From Klebsormidium nitens (lineage: Eukaryota > Plantae > Klebsormidiophyceae), in contig DF237644.1 of assembly GCA_000708835.1 (NCBI GenBank), forward strand, positions 1 through 42,799: a stretch of DNA of 42,799 bases, written 5' to 3'. This document shows positions 26,402 to 38,529 of the stretch, in pieces; positions within the stretch are counted from its first letter, which is position 1, and the number at the start of each line of letters is the position of its first letter. The notes below the pieces were generated by a model that was not told the origin of the DNA, did no database searches, and was given only the letters and a program-made list of their open reading frames with translations. The translations under genes and the position numbers were made by a program.

Positions 26402-26452
26402 AATTTTCGGGCCCGGGGCTCGAAAATTTTGAGAGGCCGGGGCCCGGCCTCT
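26402..26452. repeat. Two adjacent palindromes (potential double hairpin/cruciform)
   Basis: aattttcgggccc-g-gggctcgaaaatt (26402-26428, one G-T pair) is followed 3 nt later by the perfect 21-nt odd palindrome agaggccggg-g-cccggcctct (26432-26452). Confidence 0.9.
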
Positions 26453-26677
26453 GAGTCATGACATCGCAATGTTAGCCCATGTTTAGTATCCTAGCTAGCA
26501 CCCGTCACTGAATTAGGATCAGGCATATGCGCAATGGTCTTCTGCGTAAATAATCTCATGCGCTGGCCTGCATGGCCGGCCCGCCGGGCACGGATCCAAA
26601 TCAAGCCGCATCGCTTGAAAACCAGGCTCAGTCAAACTTCGACACTACATATTCAAAGAGAGTAAAGGTGTGCATGT

Positions 26678-26710
26678 AAGCTAGTATACCGTACGCGCGT
26701 ATACTAGCTT
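26678..26710. repeat. 12-bp perfect inverted repeat with 9-nt loop
   Basis: AAGCTAGTATAC-cgtacgcgc-GTATACTAGCTT; a smaller aggcac...gtgcct hairpin follows immediately (26711-26730). Confidence 0.9.
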
Positions 26711-26999
26711 AGGCACCGGTGCATGTGCCTGCATGGCGCCGTTTAGAGCGCGCGCACCAAATGTACACCACAACTACGTCGATCAGTCGGATTGTTTGCG
26801 ACGTACCGTCCTGCTAGCTTCATGAAACATACAATCGTCCGCCTTTTGTCACATCCATGTAGCACATGCATGCCTGCGCGGCTGCGTTCGGCCCGGCCCG
26901 GCCAGCAGTCACTTATGAGATAAGTTCCGGTGCATTAGTGTCACTCACAACTCATTTCAGCCGAAGCAGATATCTCTAAGTTAGATCACTGAGGTTCAG

Positions 27000-29900
27000 C
27001 TGATTCATTGTAATTCGTCCAAGCCTGCAAGTTTGGCCCAGGACACTACTAACCTTTGGACGTCTACAGAGTATGGTACCAAGGCGTCCGGTCGAGTTTG
27101 CTCGGAGCGTGGTTGCACAATGATGCACGGAGTCCGATCGTCTGTTGCACACTATTCCCCACGGACCGCCGGCGTCACTGTACCATGTCGCCAGTTGCAT
27201 GCGAAAGGTGCGAACGTGCATGCGAACAGCTAGCACGTTTGCAACTAAAGGCATGCCGTGCGGTGCCAGTTTACAAAGGGGGGCCACTAGCTTCAGACGT
27301 TGCACCCCGGCCCTCAAACTCTGGAGACCTACCGTGCACAGACTCTGTTCGCCTGACAGCTCAATGGTCGACCAAACGTAATTACACAGATTCGTAATTG
27401 GGTCACAAGGTTTCTTAGTATGTTTCTGAAAGATCTAGTAACAGACTCCATTCCAAAGACTTTTCGGGTAGATTTGGTTGATTGCTGTTTATTATCGCCA
27501 GAACTCCCAGAGTCACGTACGTGTCAAGGGAGTTTGCAAAGCGACCTCTCTAATGAGATAGAGCAGCACGTCACCTGCAATGGACAGAGTAAACTTTGCA
27601 AGTCTTGATAGACGGGTTCTTTGAACTACTGTACGAACAAGCTACATCTACATGCTCTTGACTGTCTCAAAAGTACCCTCTTCGGCTAAAGTGGGCATAA
27701 AGCACTTACGTCCGTGTCAAAACCTCCTTGCAGCCCGTATCTACAGTCACGTGTCAAAAGCGAACCCACCGACTTTACGCCCTCTGGAAGTAGTAGCCGC
27801 CCGTGCCGTATACTGGACCAGGAGGATCCTTTGCCACTTGCCTTCTTGACTGATAGAGTTCTTGATTGATAGACTTTCAAGCTCCTTGCAACCAAAGGTC
27901 ATGTCGCTCAGCGCAGCTCGTTCTGTGTTCCTGCAAGAAAAGCGTTCTTATCAGGGTTCGACGAGCCCCAGGCACCGGAGATAGGGCCTTACCAAAGGAC
28001 GGTCAAGTGATTCAAGCTCAATCCTCTGAAAAGCGATAACCACAGGAGAAGAGTATTTACGGACACGACCTTTGCAATCAGCCGTTGCAGTGTGGACTTA
28101 CCGGAAGGTGACAGTACTAGCCAAGCAATCTCTCTGTCGCTTGCTCGGGTGATATCTGGCGACGTCTCATGCTTTTAATCAATACATCTTTTGTGCATCT
28201 CTGTTATGAAAGGTGGACGGCATAAAGAGGAAAGAGACAGAGACGGTATGCGGACAGCGACCAGCCATCGAAGGGCGCCACCTGTTGGGACCACGATCCT
28301 TGATTCTGCAGCCGCACAGTGCACACAGCCGAGCACATTTGAGAACATGCCTGCCTTTCTCAGAGACGAAAAGCACAAAGCCCAACAGTCCGGTCGAAGC
28401 TCGCATGCAACGACCGAGCTTAAGAGGTAGAACGAAGATCCAAACGGTCACAACGATCCAAAATCTGCACTCGCCTTGTCCAGTTGACCCCCAGCCACCA
28501 TCCTCAGGACTTTCCGGGCGCTGCATTGCCCCCATCCGACGCATCTGAACGGCCTTTGCTGACGTCACCACCCCGGGCGGCAGCCTCCGGCTCCTGACCG
28601 GGACTCTCGGGAGGCGTTGCTTCCCCGAGCGAAGGCCCAGTGCTCGACGCTCCGGCCTCAAAAGCAGCGGCCCCGTTTGTTTGGGCCCCCTGCCTCGTTC
28701 CACCACCGTGCGCCGGCTCGAGCGCTGGAGAAGCGTGTCCAACCGCGCAGCAACCACCCGGCCACTCTCCTCGGTTACGCGGATCAGCCCCCTCAGAGCG
28801 CCGACGATCTCAGCCCAGGGCTCCGGGATCGCTGCCCGGCGCTCCTGCAGGACCCCGACAAAGGCAGAGGACGCACCGCCGCCGCGCTCTTCGGACGGTC
28901 CTCTGCTCTCCGGCTCTGAAAGCTTGTCCGCATAAGCCTTCCAGAGGGAGCCGTAGCTTGCGGCCGACGGCAGCTGCTCTGCGGGCGAGCCGGTTGCAGG
29001 GCGCGCGTCTGCCTGACACGTAGCGACCGCCGGTGCCTTTCCCTTTGCATCGGCGACCACGGTCTGCACTTCGTTTCCTGTTGCCTGCTGCGAAGGCCCA
29101 GCCTGGTCGCTCCGAATGGCCGGTCTCGGTGCTTCTTCTCCGCTGCTTTCCCGGGAGTCGTGTCCTTGCGCGCCGCTCCCTCCACCGTCGTCCTCTTGCT
29201 CCCCTCCGTTATTGCCCTTCTTCTCCGGCGCATTTCCCCCCTTTGTGCCGTCAGCACGTCCCCCCGTTGTGACGTCAGCATCCCCGCTCTCCAGACCTTT
29301 TACCCTCTGCACCACATCAGTCCGCTCCTTTGACCTCAGGTCCGGCTGTGCGGTTGGTGAATTCATCCCCTTTCCATCCGCGGCAGGGACCCGCTCCTCC
29401 GAATGGTCAGCGCCAGAACGACCAGTGACGTCAGCAGCCCCAGGAACGACATCCGGGCCCCCAGAAATGAGGCTAGCATTTCCATTTTCCAGGTGCGGGA
29501 CCGCTGGCTGGGGCATCAAGCTGTGCTTCGGCAGCTTCTCGGCGGGGGATCCCCCGAGTGAGGCGCTCGCCTCGATCACACGCTCCCTCTCCCGCAGTTC
29601 CAGCTCGATTGCAGCCAGGAGATCTTTCTTCGTTGGGGCGTCAGCGCTCCGGTCCGATTCCACGTCATCATCTCCTTCATTCGACACGTCAGCTCTCCCC
29701 CCCTCCACGACGTCGGCATCCAATCCCGCGTTGACATCAGAACCCCTGCCGGCGTCCACGTCAGCGCCCTTCCCCACTGCCTTGACGGCGCCGCCCCTCA
29801 GTGCCGCGCTGGCGCTCTCTTCCTCAGTACGAGCACTCTCCACTTCCGCTGCTTTCACCGAGACACCACCTGCCGGGTCGCCCTTCCCTGCTACCTCTGT

Positions 29901-32536
29901 TGACTTGGCCGCCAGTCTCAGTGCCTTCTTCCGGGCGACCAGGTTTCCGTCACCCTCTCTGATGGCTCCGCCTGCTTCTTCCGCGCTAGGCTGTCCAGAA
30001 GGCTTCTCCGTGCCGCTCCGCTTCTTCTCACACGCCAACGGGTTGGGATCCCCGGGCTGATTCTCTGCCAACGCTTTGCTGCCGGGTTGAGCCGATCGGG
30101 GGTCTTCTTCGGGCGCTGCTGCTTCAGCGCGTGGGGTTGACCTCGTGCCCGCAGTGGAAGGTCGGTCGGTAGCTTTTATTGGCGGAGAAAGGGCAGGCGA
30201 ACGAGGCACTGACTCCTGCAGAAGAAACGGAAAGAAAGCCGTCAGCAGTGGTTCATTGTGCATTCACTGAAACGGAAAGGACTTTACGAGCGCTTTTGCC
30301 CAATCAGTACCGACGAATCCCTCATTGGATTGCCGTATGCAAATCTGGTTCCCTCGGAGATTGAGCGAATAAAGAGTAGGACCGGCTAACCTTCCTCGAC
30401 ATAGATGAAAGGAATGCCTGACAGGGTGAAACGAAGATGCGGAGATACCATTCGAGGGCACATCTAAATCACCGTATGAAAGTATAACTGCTTAAAACGC
30501 TACTTTAAGAGTAGACTACCTTGAAAATGTTACAATGTAGAGTAATAGAACTGTAAGTTGCAACCAGTCATAATTGAATCGCTATAGTTCTATCGGAGCC
30601 GCAATGCTTGGACTGGGTGAAATTCAAGTCTCCAAAGAGAATCTCCCGTCTTTTTAGTGTGCTAGGCAGGACGAAGCAGTTTGTTGAGCAGGAAGGCTGT
30701 AATGCCCACATCTTGACGGTTGCAGATCCCAGGCGCACAAAGAGATTCTTTGCAGAACAGAAGAGATGCCTGCCTGGTGAATCAAACGGGTCTGGTCGAT
30801 GGCAACGAGCATTCCTGCTCGTAAAACAAAAACCCTTTCTGTTGCGTGCAAAACCAAAAGAACTTACAAAAGGGTACTCAGCGCACAAGTGCAAGAACTG
30901 TAACGGCCAGGTTTCCAACTTTTCAAACTGTGATGAAAGATTTCACAAAGCCTACGGAGAGATGTAAAAGACGCTACTGCTAACTTCCTTCACGTTTCAG
31001 CCTGATTAAAAATGGCGGGGCACGTGTGACCAATGAAAAGCTGGGTATGAGAAGCAAGCCGCCACGAGATAGGACGCGCTCCCTTCAGTTCTGACCCCCC
31101 CCTCAAAGACCAGCAAAGGGAAGCAATTTCCAAGATACATGTTTTATGAAATTGGGGTTCGAAACACTAATACAAACTTTTAACTGATGAGGGAAATGCG
31201 ACCAGGTTCGGTTACCAAGCCTTTGCGGCAGCTCTCCTTGCGAGGACCCCCTGCGATCCCTTTCACCGCGCCCCCCTTGTCAGCGTCGGCCAGGAGCCCA
31301 TCTTTTTCCATCCCTGCATCGCCTGCCCCATTTTTTGCGCCTTCTCGCCCTCCGCCCCGGCCCGCCTTTGCCACACGTTGTTTCCTAGCTTGGCCCTCCG
31401 CGACTTTCAATACTTCGCCAACGAAGTTTTGCAGGCCCCGCACTGCAGGAGGATCCCCGGGCTCAGTCCCTGGCACGGGCCGACTCCCCACCTCTCCATC
31501 GCTGCCATTCTTCGAACTCATTTGCCCACAAGCCGTGCCTGCCACTTCTTCCCCCTCCCTAGGTTCGGCAGCGTCCATTGTTCCCGGCTTCTCCCCCCGC
31601 TCAATGCCCTTCCCTGATCGAACCTTGTTTCCGGCCTTTAGGACCTTGACTTCTGCATCCGCCTTTGCACCCACGTCAGTGGCGTCTTGAGCCCCTTCGG
31701 CCGTCTCTGCTCCCGCACCGTCTCGTGCCTTTTCCATCCTCCCTCTCTTGGCTCCGCCCCTCCTCACCACCTCTTCCTCCTCAGCAGCGCCTTCCATCTT
31801 TTCATTCATCCTCCTCTCTTTTCACCCCGTCCGTTATTCCGACCTTCCTTCCCTTCTTCGTAACGCCTCCAGGCTGTACTTCCGCGCCCCCGAGAGCAGC
31901 GCCCGCTGTCTTCCCCTCCACAGCGGTGAGACCGTCTTTCCGTTGCTGCTTGCGACTCTTCGTGAGCACTCCGGACCCGCCTTCCTCATCGCCAGGCACA
32001 GTCTTCTTCTCCCCGCCGCTCCCTATGAGCGCTCTCTTCTTCGAACCGTCATCTTTGCCGTAGCACTCGCTACACTTGCGCACGCCAGCTGAGGCGCCAT
32101 ACCACCGCCTCAACTGAGTCACCCCGCACGACGCGCACTGCTTCCTGTTGCTGCCACGTGGCCCCTCAGCCACTCCTCCCTTCTGCCGTTCGTCGAGCTC
32201 CGCTTCTTCACTCCGGAGATCTTCAATTTGCACATCCTCCCTGCGCGCCCTCTTCGGTTCTACGTTTCCCTTCCGCAGTCCATCCGACTGCGGGCCGTTC
32301 ACGTCAGAGGGCTTGGTCTGGGCCTTGAGTGCATCGTCCACCGCATTGGGCGAAGGGGGGACGACTCCAGCCGTTGCAGTTGGTGTGTCTGTTGCGACTC
32401 CAACCTTCTCTTCGACCACTTCTGAGCTATGCCCACGCCCCACATCCTGAGAAAGGGGTCCGTCAGTGCCTTTCCGAATGAAAGGCGCAGTGGATTCTAC
32501 CGAGGGCGGGATAGTAGGTGCGATGTGGCCGCCCGC
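27000..32536 (-). pseudogene. Downstream exons of a very large gene: GATA-like C4 zinc finger, long Ala/Gly/Glu/Lys-rich low-complexity exons and an unidentified C-terminal region; decayed
   Basis: Exon begins at acceptor ctacag| (32536). CASC-x17-CSEC with the conserved Trp (CASCGVTQLRRWYGASAGVRKCSEC) lies at 32137-32063. A frameshift near 31815 joins ORFs 31802-32548 and 31180-31809. A 1741-nt exon spans 30215-28475 and ends at an apparent GC donor. Further short exons (about 30420-30300, 28155-28102, 27930-27700) contain in-frame stops. The 3' boundary is approximate. Confidence 0.65.
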
Positions 32537-33247
32537 CTGTAGTTTCAAAAGGAAACGGGTGTGGCCGAATGGCCTGCTTGTTCAGGATTGTATATTGAGC
32601 TGAGATAGCAATCCCAAGACAAACGTGCTCAGCTAGAAGTCAGAAGCCTGTCCGCGCAAGGTAAGGTTGAGAAAACTCAAAAACGCAGGTGATACAGAGA
32701 TGAGAACACAATCAGACGCTTTCAGATGAACTCAGACGTTCTGATCGGAGGGCCAAGGAAGAGTCAGAACCATTTGAACACAGCCAGAGTACAAGGGAAC
32801 AATGGTGGAGATGTCTGAATAAGTGCGAGAAAGCTTTGCGAAATTGCAGTTCTGGTCTTGAGATGAACAACCTCACGGTCTAGCTAGTTTCCACTCGACT
32901 CTTGAATTCGAACATGCACGATTTTAAAAAATATTCTTCAACTTCTGACGAGATGCGGCGGAGTAAGGAGAAAAAAAGGCGGAAAGTGTGCGTGTCTTCT
33001 AAAAGCATTCCTTTGCCGCAGAAAGCCCCCGCCTTTCGCAACAGCATGGAAGCAACTCATCCTGGTAAGAAGAAAACCCTCCACAGACGGAAAAAGAGCT
33101 GCAAAGCAAACGATTGTGATCAGTCTAATAAAGCTCAAGACCACTTCTAGCTACAGATTTCGGGGAGTAAGCAGCCATTCATATTTATTCGGCGACATTC
33201 AGATAAGCAAATCGGTGCTCTATCACCAGTTACACTGGTAAACTCAC

Positions 33248-34864
33248 CTTCTTTAGAAGGTTGTTGTCCTCCTCCACCATTTCCTGCTCATTGTCGTCCA
33301 TGTCCAATTCCTCTGCGAAGAACCAGACGTTCTAGGCTGAGTACTCTTGCTGACGAACGTTTCAACCAACGCGGAATGACTCTCGAGGAGCCGAAGCCAG
33401 TGATCAAGCCGACAGTTGAGGAGGATGGCGGAAGTGCCACGTCAGCAGTCCATGGTAAGACACCTCGTAACACAGAAGCGAACATCATCAATAGTTTTAG
33501 TGCTGCTCGTTGTCTCTACACTTACCGAAGTCCAGGAAGATGGGTGGAGGAAACACAGTCTGCCAACGATTCATTAGGCCATCGTTCGGGATCTTCTCTA
33601 GCTCTCTCTTCAAGGGCTCTGGCTGAGTATAACCAAGGATGTTGAGGTGCGTGTAGTCGCACGTCTTGGAGTGATTGTCGTTGACCAGTTCTCGAGACCA
33701 CTTGGCTCCACCCTTGAGTTGCAAAGCTCTGACACGATCTGAGTTGCCCTTCTTATAGTGTCCATCATCTCGAAGAACACGTGAGCCTCCTCCAGGAAAA
33801 GCATTCCGCTGTGGTCTGGCTGGAAGTGGAGCAATTGAAATAGACGCTCGAAGTTGACCTGTGGAAATAATAGGATACAGACAGTCAGACATAGTGGTAT
33901 GAAAAGTCGGTGGCTCTCTACATGTATACTATATCTTGTGCATCCGAATGGATCATGTCAATCTAAGAAGGTTACTTCAATTGCCTGATCTCTGCAGAGC
34001 CCCCATCCACAGTCACCAATCTGAATAAAGATCCCAGGTTGAATGTCGCGTATGATCATGCTCGGCCATGCAGCCGCTTGCAAAATGAATTAGCCAAAAG
34101 CTGGCACTGCGCGGCTTGCACTCGAGTCAGATGCAATCATATGCTGATCAATTCAGAAGACACAGCCGATCGGTCCAAACTTGAACCAAAAGCAGCGAAC
34201 AGCATACACGAATGCATAGAATGGCAGAATCTAAAACAAGTAAACTTACACATGCTATGCATGCAAGACTTATTACTATGCATGTGCAGAAGGATGAGCC
34301 TCTGCTTAGCAGCGACAAATGCAACGATGCAAATTGTCTTACAATGAAGCCAGGCATACCATCCTAATAAGCAATTCCAGGCTAACGGAAAAATTGCTCA
34401 GACAGTGAAATAAATGGGAACGGATCCAACGATGGACTCACGGCACCGTCGAGCTTGATCTTCGCGAATTGAACTTTATCGAGCAGCTCTTCTAGGTCGG
34501 GGGAACCTTCGGGGTACAGTTGGGGATTCTTTCCATTCAGAACCGCATCTTTCTTGGCTTCATTGATGTCGCCTTCCACCGAGTCAATGATGTCGCTCAG
34601 CTTATTGTGCGCCTGGGATTTTCCATGGCCACTGTCACCAACGACGAAGCCCCAATGGATCAACTTCTGCAGCCAGTCCAATCCTTCAACTTTGACACGA
34701 GAACCTGGACCAAGGAAGTAGGATGCCGCAGAAATCACAGGAATCAGTAGCATCCAGGACGAAACTCCAATTCTCTGTCCCATCCGCGCGAGCATCTCCA
34801 GCACCACAGGTGGAAACGCAGACTTGGCGTTATCCTCGTTGACGAAAAGACAGATTGCACGCAT
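33248..34864 (-). pseudogene. DUF3987/YfjI-like P-loop ATPase (putative primase-associated helicase), spliced; one frameshift
   Basis: Exon 34864-34442: AFPPVVLEML...WGFVVGDSGHGKSQA (Walker A). Exon 33858-33526: VNFERLFQLL...GMLFLEEA (Walker B-like), then after a -1 frameshift at about 33762 HYKKGNSDRVRALQLKGG, LNILGYTQP and DGLMNRW. These match the G-x-x-QP and DG-L-x-x-R motifs I recall for DUF3987. Acidic exon at 33312-33248. True start may lie further upstream. Confidence 0.75.
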
Positions 34865-35650
34865 CCGTGTTGAGCTGGGGAGCGGCCAGAGGACGAGCCC
34901 CCTTTTTTCTGGTTTGAGACCGTGAAGCTTCGATAGTTGAGCTGGCGTGCAAAGGACTTTGATCTATTATCAGGCAGCTTCGACCTAGAAAGACCTCAAA
35001 GGTCTCCACCACAAAGGACCTCAGAAAACTGTCCTTCGGAAATTAAACTGGATCAACTCAATTGTATTGAATTCGGAAGCGGATCAACTTCAGCACATTC
35101 TGTCCCTGTCAAGCTCAATCCAGGCTGCCGTGGGACTGCAAGAACGGAAGCACACTCAAAGCTACTGAATGCAGTACCGCCACATTCAAACATCTTTCAA
35201 ATTTGAATTCTGTGGTCAATTTTCGTCCTTCCCAAAAGGACGCTCTACGACCACGCATTTCCCAAACCTCTAAGACCGCAAACCCGCTCTCTGCAGGGCC
35301 CGCGCGCGCGGCCGCGGGCGCGCAGCGACCACTCCGCCAAACAAGCTCTACGATCGACCATCCAGACGCGACCGCGCTTGTGCTTGCGCACGCGCCTGAG
35401 TTGACGACACTAAGCTTAGGCGACCAGCGCTTAGTCTTCAAAATCAGCTTGGTTGCAGCAGACAAGGGGTCTAGCGCCGTAGGCTAAGTGTATCTAGTAC
35501 TAGGGCTGCCGTATACATTCAAACGGCTTCGAGCAAGAAAGCTATTCGCGTTCTGCATCAGTTTCTTACTCACAGTATGCCGCTTTTCCCAACGCCTTGA
35601 GACCGGAATGGAAAGACAAGAAGGCCCAGCAGAGCAATCGACTGCGCAGG

Positions 35651-38529
35651 ATGGCTCATAACAGAAGACGACCAGAGAAGGAGATTGCGGATGAGACGAA
35701 TGAATGCATCAGAGAGAAGATGCAAAGGTTACGCGATCGCTTCATCTTCGACTGCCCGGGCTTCGTTTAAGCTAGTCAGACGAACGTGTACAGGACTTTC
35801 AGTTCTATAAGCGACCTGTACACGTTCGCGGATCACTACATTTACAGGGACCCGCTCCTTCTCTTTGCGTCTCCTGAACCAGAACGGGGATGCTACAGAT
35901 ACTTTGCTGCCACATTTCTCCCTTTCCGACTCAGGTAAGCCTTCGACATCCGTAGAACTGCACCTTCTCCAGTTTGAAACCTAAGCCCTGCAATCATAGC
36001 GATGCTCTCAAAAAACGCACACAACCACGCATGATTAGCCTGCCTTTTGGATATATGAAAACAGGAGTCTGGCTTCTCGAGACTGTCCGGATCAACGGTT
36101 TTGGTGATGTGCAGTTACGGGGCGCTTCCGGACTGCCAAAGAATGATGTTTGAGATTTTCAAAACGGTAGGTCAACAGTCTCGCTGCTCCACACTCTGGC
36201 AAGTCTTCAAAATGAATTAAGCTACAGAGATTCCGTACAGTCAACTGCTTAAGGGAGTCCACCTAATATCAGTGCCACATAATGAAAACAAAGCCCCTGA
36301 TTCGCCATATGCAGGGACGTTGGCACATCTCTTTCTGGATCTAGAGTTTTACACGCAGTTCAACCAGGGGAGAGACCCCAATCGCATGCTAGACACGGTC
36401 CTGGCAGTCATCGAAGAGATTTGCGAACAAAAGTTCGGTATGGGCATTGACTTTGACAAAGTACTGGAGATGGACGCCTCTTATTCAGGTAAGTACCATC
36501 AAGCAAACCATGCGGCCGCCTTCTTTCTGGCTGTATTCTCACGTTCTTCAAACCGCGCTTTCGATTTGAATCTACCAGATGTAAATAACAGTTAGCAAAC
36601 TGTAACGCCATGAATACAATTGCATCCCCTGATTCCGAACCGTACGTTTGCAGCTAAAGTCTCCCGCCATGTGATCGTACCGATCTTCCACCGGTGCTTC
36701 AAAAACGTCCACGAACAGATGCGGTACTTCATGGAGGAGGTAAGTGAAAGACGATGATGAAAAACCATTCACCGATACATCTTTGTGTGGAGCTTGGTGC
36801 ACAATGCCTCCAGAAGCACGTCTGTGAACGCATATCAAAAGCTTTAAGAGTTCGAGTTGGTCCTGGATGCCGAACTTATACTCTCTTGCTCTCTTACCTT
36901 CAGGTCTGCAACCTGATCCGCAACCGCGCCTCTGACGGGGACAGACTTTGCAAAGAGCTGCTGGTCAACCAAGCTCCTGGCCTCCCCCAAACTCTATTCA
37001 TCGACTTAGGCGTTTACACGAAGAGCAGACACCTACGATGCCTCCTGTCGAGAAAACTAGAAGGACCATCTGTTCCCTTTGTGCCGACCTGCAGGTACTT
37101 CAAGGACGAGGTGAGGCTCTCGCTGATTTTATCCACCCAGCCAATCCCATGCGAGGCAAGGATTGCCTACAGACACAAAAAGGTCGTATGCACGAATCAG
37201 CCCGGCTGAGTCACATTCCTGTTCTCCTTGTCTAAAAGTGTTGCCTTTTGCAGGACCTCACGCTACAGCTGATTCACTCCTTGGGTTCCAACGTGTCCAT
37301 CACCAGCTCACCTCTGCCGGACGTCAGGCGCATGCAAGTGAGGTTCAACTCCTAAAATCACAGACGTCCCCAATGCTTCTTGATAAGAAACATTCGTGCA
37401 CAAAGTTGCGTACTGTTGACCGTCACGGTTATATAAGGAGAATACAGATTCAAGCCAGCATCCCACAATATTCGACACGCAGGTTCGACAACCAACCGGA
37501 AGCCCCTAGTTCCAGTCGATCCGCAGCCCCACATTCAACACGCCATCAGAACCCCTGACCGCTACACCGTCAAAGCAGTCACAGCAGTTCCAGTGCAATA
37601 TTCCGTCTTTGTCAACATACATTGAAGAGCTTGTGCAGAAAAACACCGGGTTTCATGTAAGCGAACACGTTCCTGCCCAACTCCATCGTCTCTTGAGCAG
37701 CGCAACAGATTTCTAAGCTGCGTTCTGGCCTTCATTACGGTGTCCCGGTTTAAAAGCTTATGATTCTTTTCAGCTCTATCCATTCATTTTGATTACGTTA
37801 CAGTACGGGCAATTTCCAAACTTTTTCCTTTCGCTGCAGTCGCCAGCGTACAGTCGTCGGTACTGTTCGCTGGTGAAAACGGGAACTACATCTCTTTTCG
37901 GTTCAGAGGAACCAACTTCTGCTTTAACGTCATGAGGGAGCACAGCCAGAACCGGGGTGAGTGCGGATCACACCAAAAGCTTCAGAACTTTCTTTGAAGC
38001 AATCGTTCAACGGCGTCGAAAACTTGGCTGTATTCTGAAGCCTTCCCATTGTTGGAAACATAATCCGCTCAAGCAGTCCTGATCCAAGCCCCGATCAAAG
38101 ACACTAGTCCGTGTAAGCAGCTAACATTCTCGCTCTTCCGCTTGTTCAGTGTACGTGGTGGTGGACCTCAATCGAGGCACTTACTATCAAAAGTGCCACG
38201 ACCAAGCCTGTCAAGGTAAACCACTGACTCCAAAGCACAACAACTTGCAACCACTGGTAACGTCGTGTTGCATCTCGCGTCCACAACAGGCAACACATGA
38301 ACCAAGTTTCTGCTCGGAGTCGGAAGCCATCGCCACCCATAATTACAGCTGATAGTCTGAGGCAGTTCTTTTCTTTACAGGCTACCGATCGCCTGCCAAC
38401 AGCTTACCGGAGCATCTCGTCAGCGAAGCAGTGCATGTCGTGCGCTCCCTCTTGGAGGTACCTTCTGCAGCACGCACGGGCTACGTTCCAGAGCCTCATG
38501 CACAGGTCAGAATGCTCAAGAGTGACTGA
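35651..38529 (+). CDS. PRIMPOL: PrimPol (AEP-superfamily primase-polymerase with UL52-like zinc finger), 11 exons, about 420 aa; may carry 2 single-base deletions and 1 stop
   Basis: Manual splice: 35651-35727, 35848-35934, 36115-36166, 36315-36488, 36654-36739, 36904-37110, 37254-37337, about 37483-37656, 37840-37956, 38150-38215, 38381-38529. Motif I HLFLDLEF (DxE), motif II KVSRHVI (SxH), motif III FIDLGVYTKSRHLR, zinc ligands FCFNVMREH and YQKCHDQAC, then GYRSP as in plant PrimPols. The best splice sites give phase mismatches at 36166 and 37656 and a TAG at 37507-37509; weaker alternative sites avoid these. Confidence 0.9.
35781..35828. repeat. 14-bp perfect inverted repeat (20-nt loop) inside predicted PrimPol intron 1
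   Basis: CGAACGTGTACAGG (35781-35794) and CCTGTACACGTTCG (35815-35828). Confidence 0.95.

Noticed and set aside
29116-30060. 314-aa plus-strand ORF, and similar plus-strand ORFs at 31187-31690, 31665-32063 and 32148-32450
   Set aside because: Ser/Pro/Ala-rich antisense shadows of the GC-rich low-complexity exons on the minus strand.
30608-30967. 119-aa plus-strand ORF with a CxxC
   Set aside because: Overlaps minus-strand exon-like segments of the large ATPase/ZnF gene and has no independent support.
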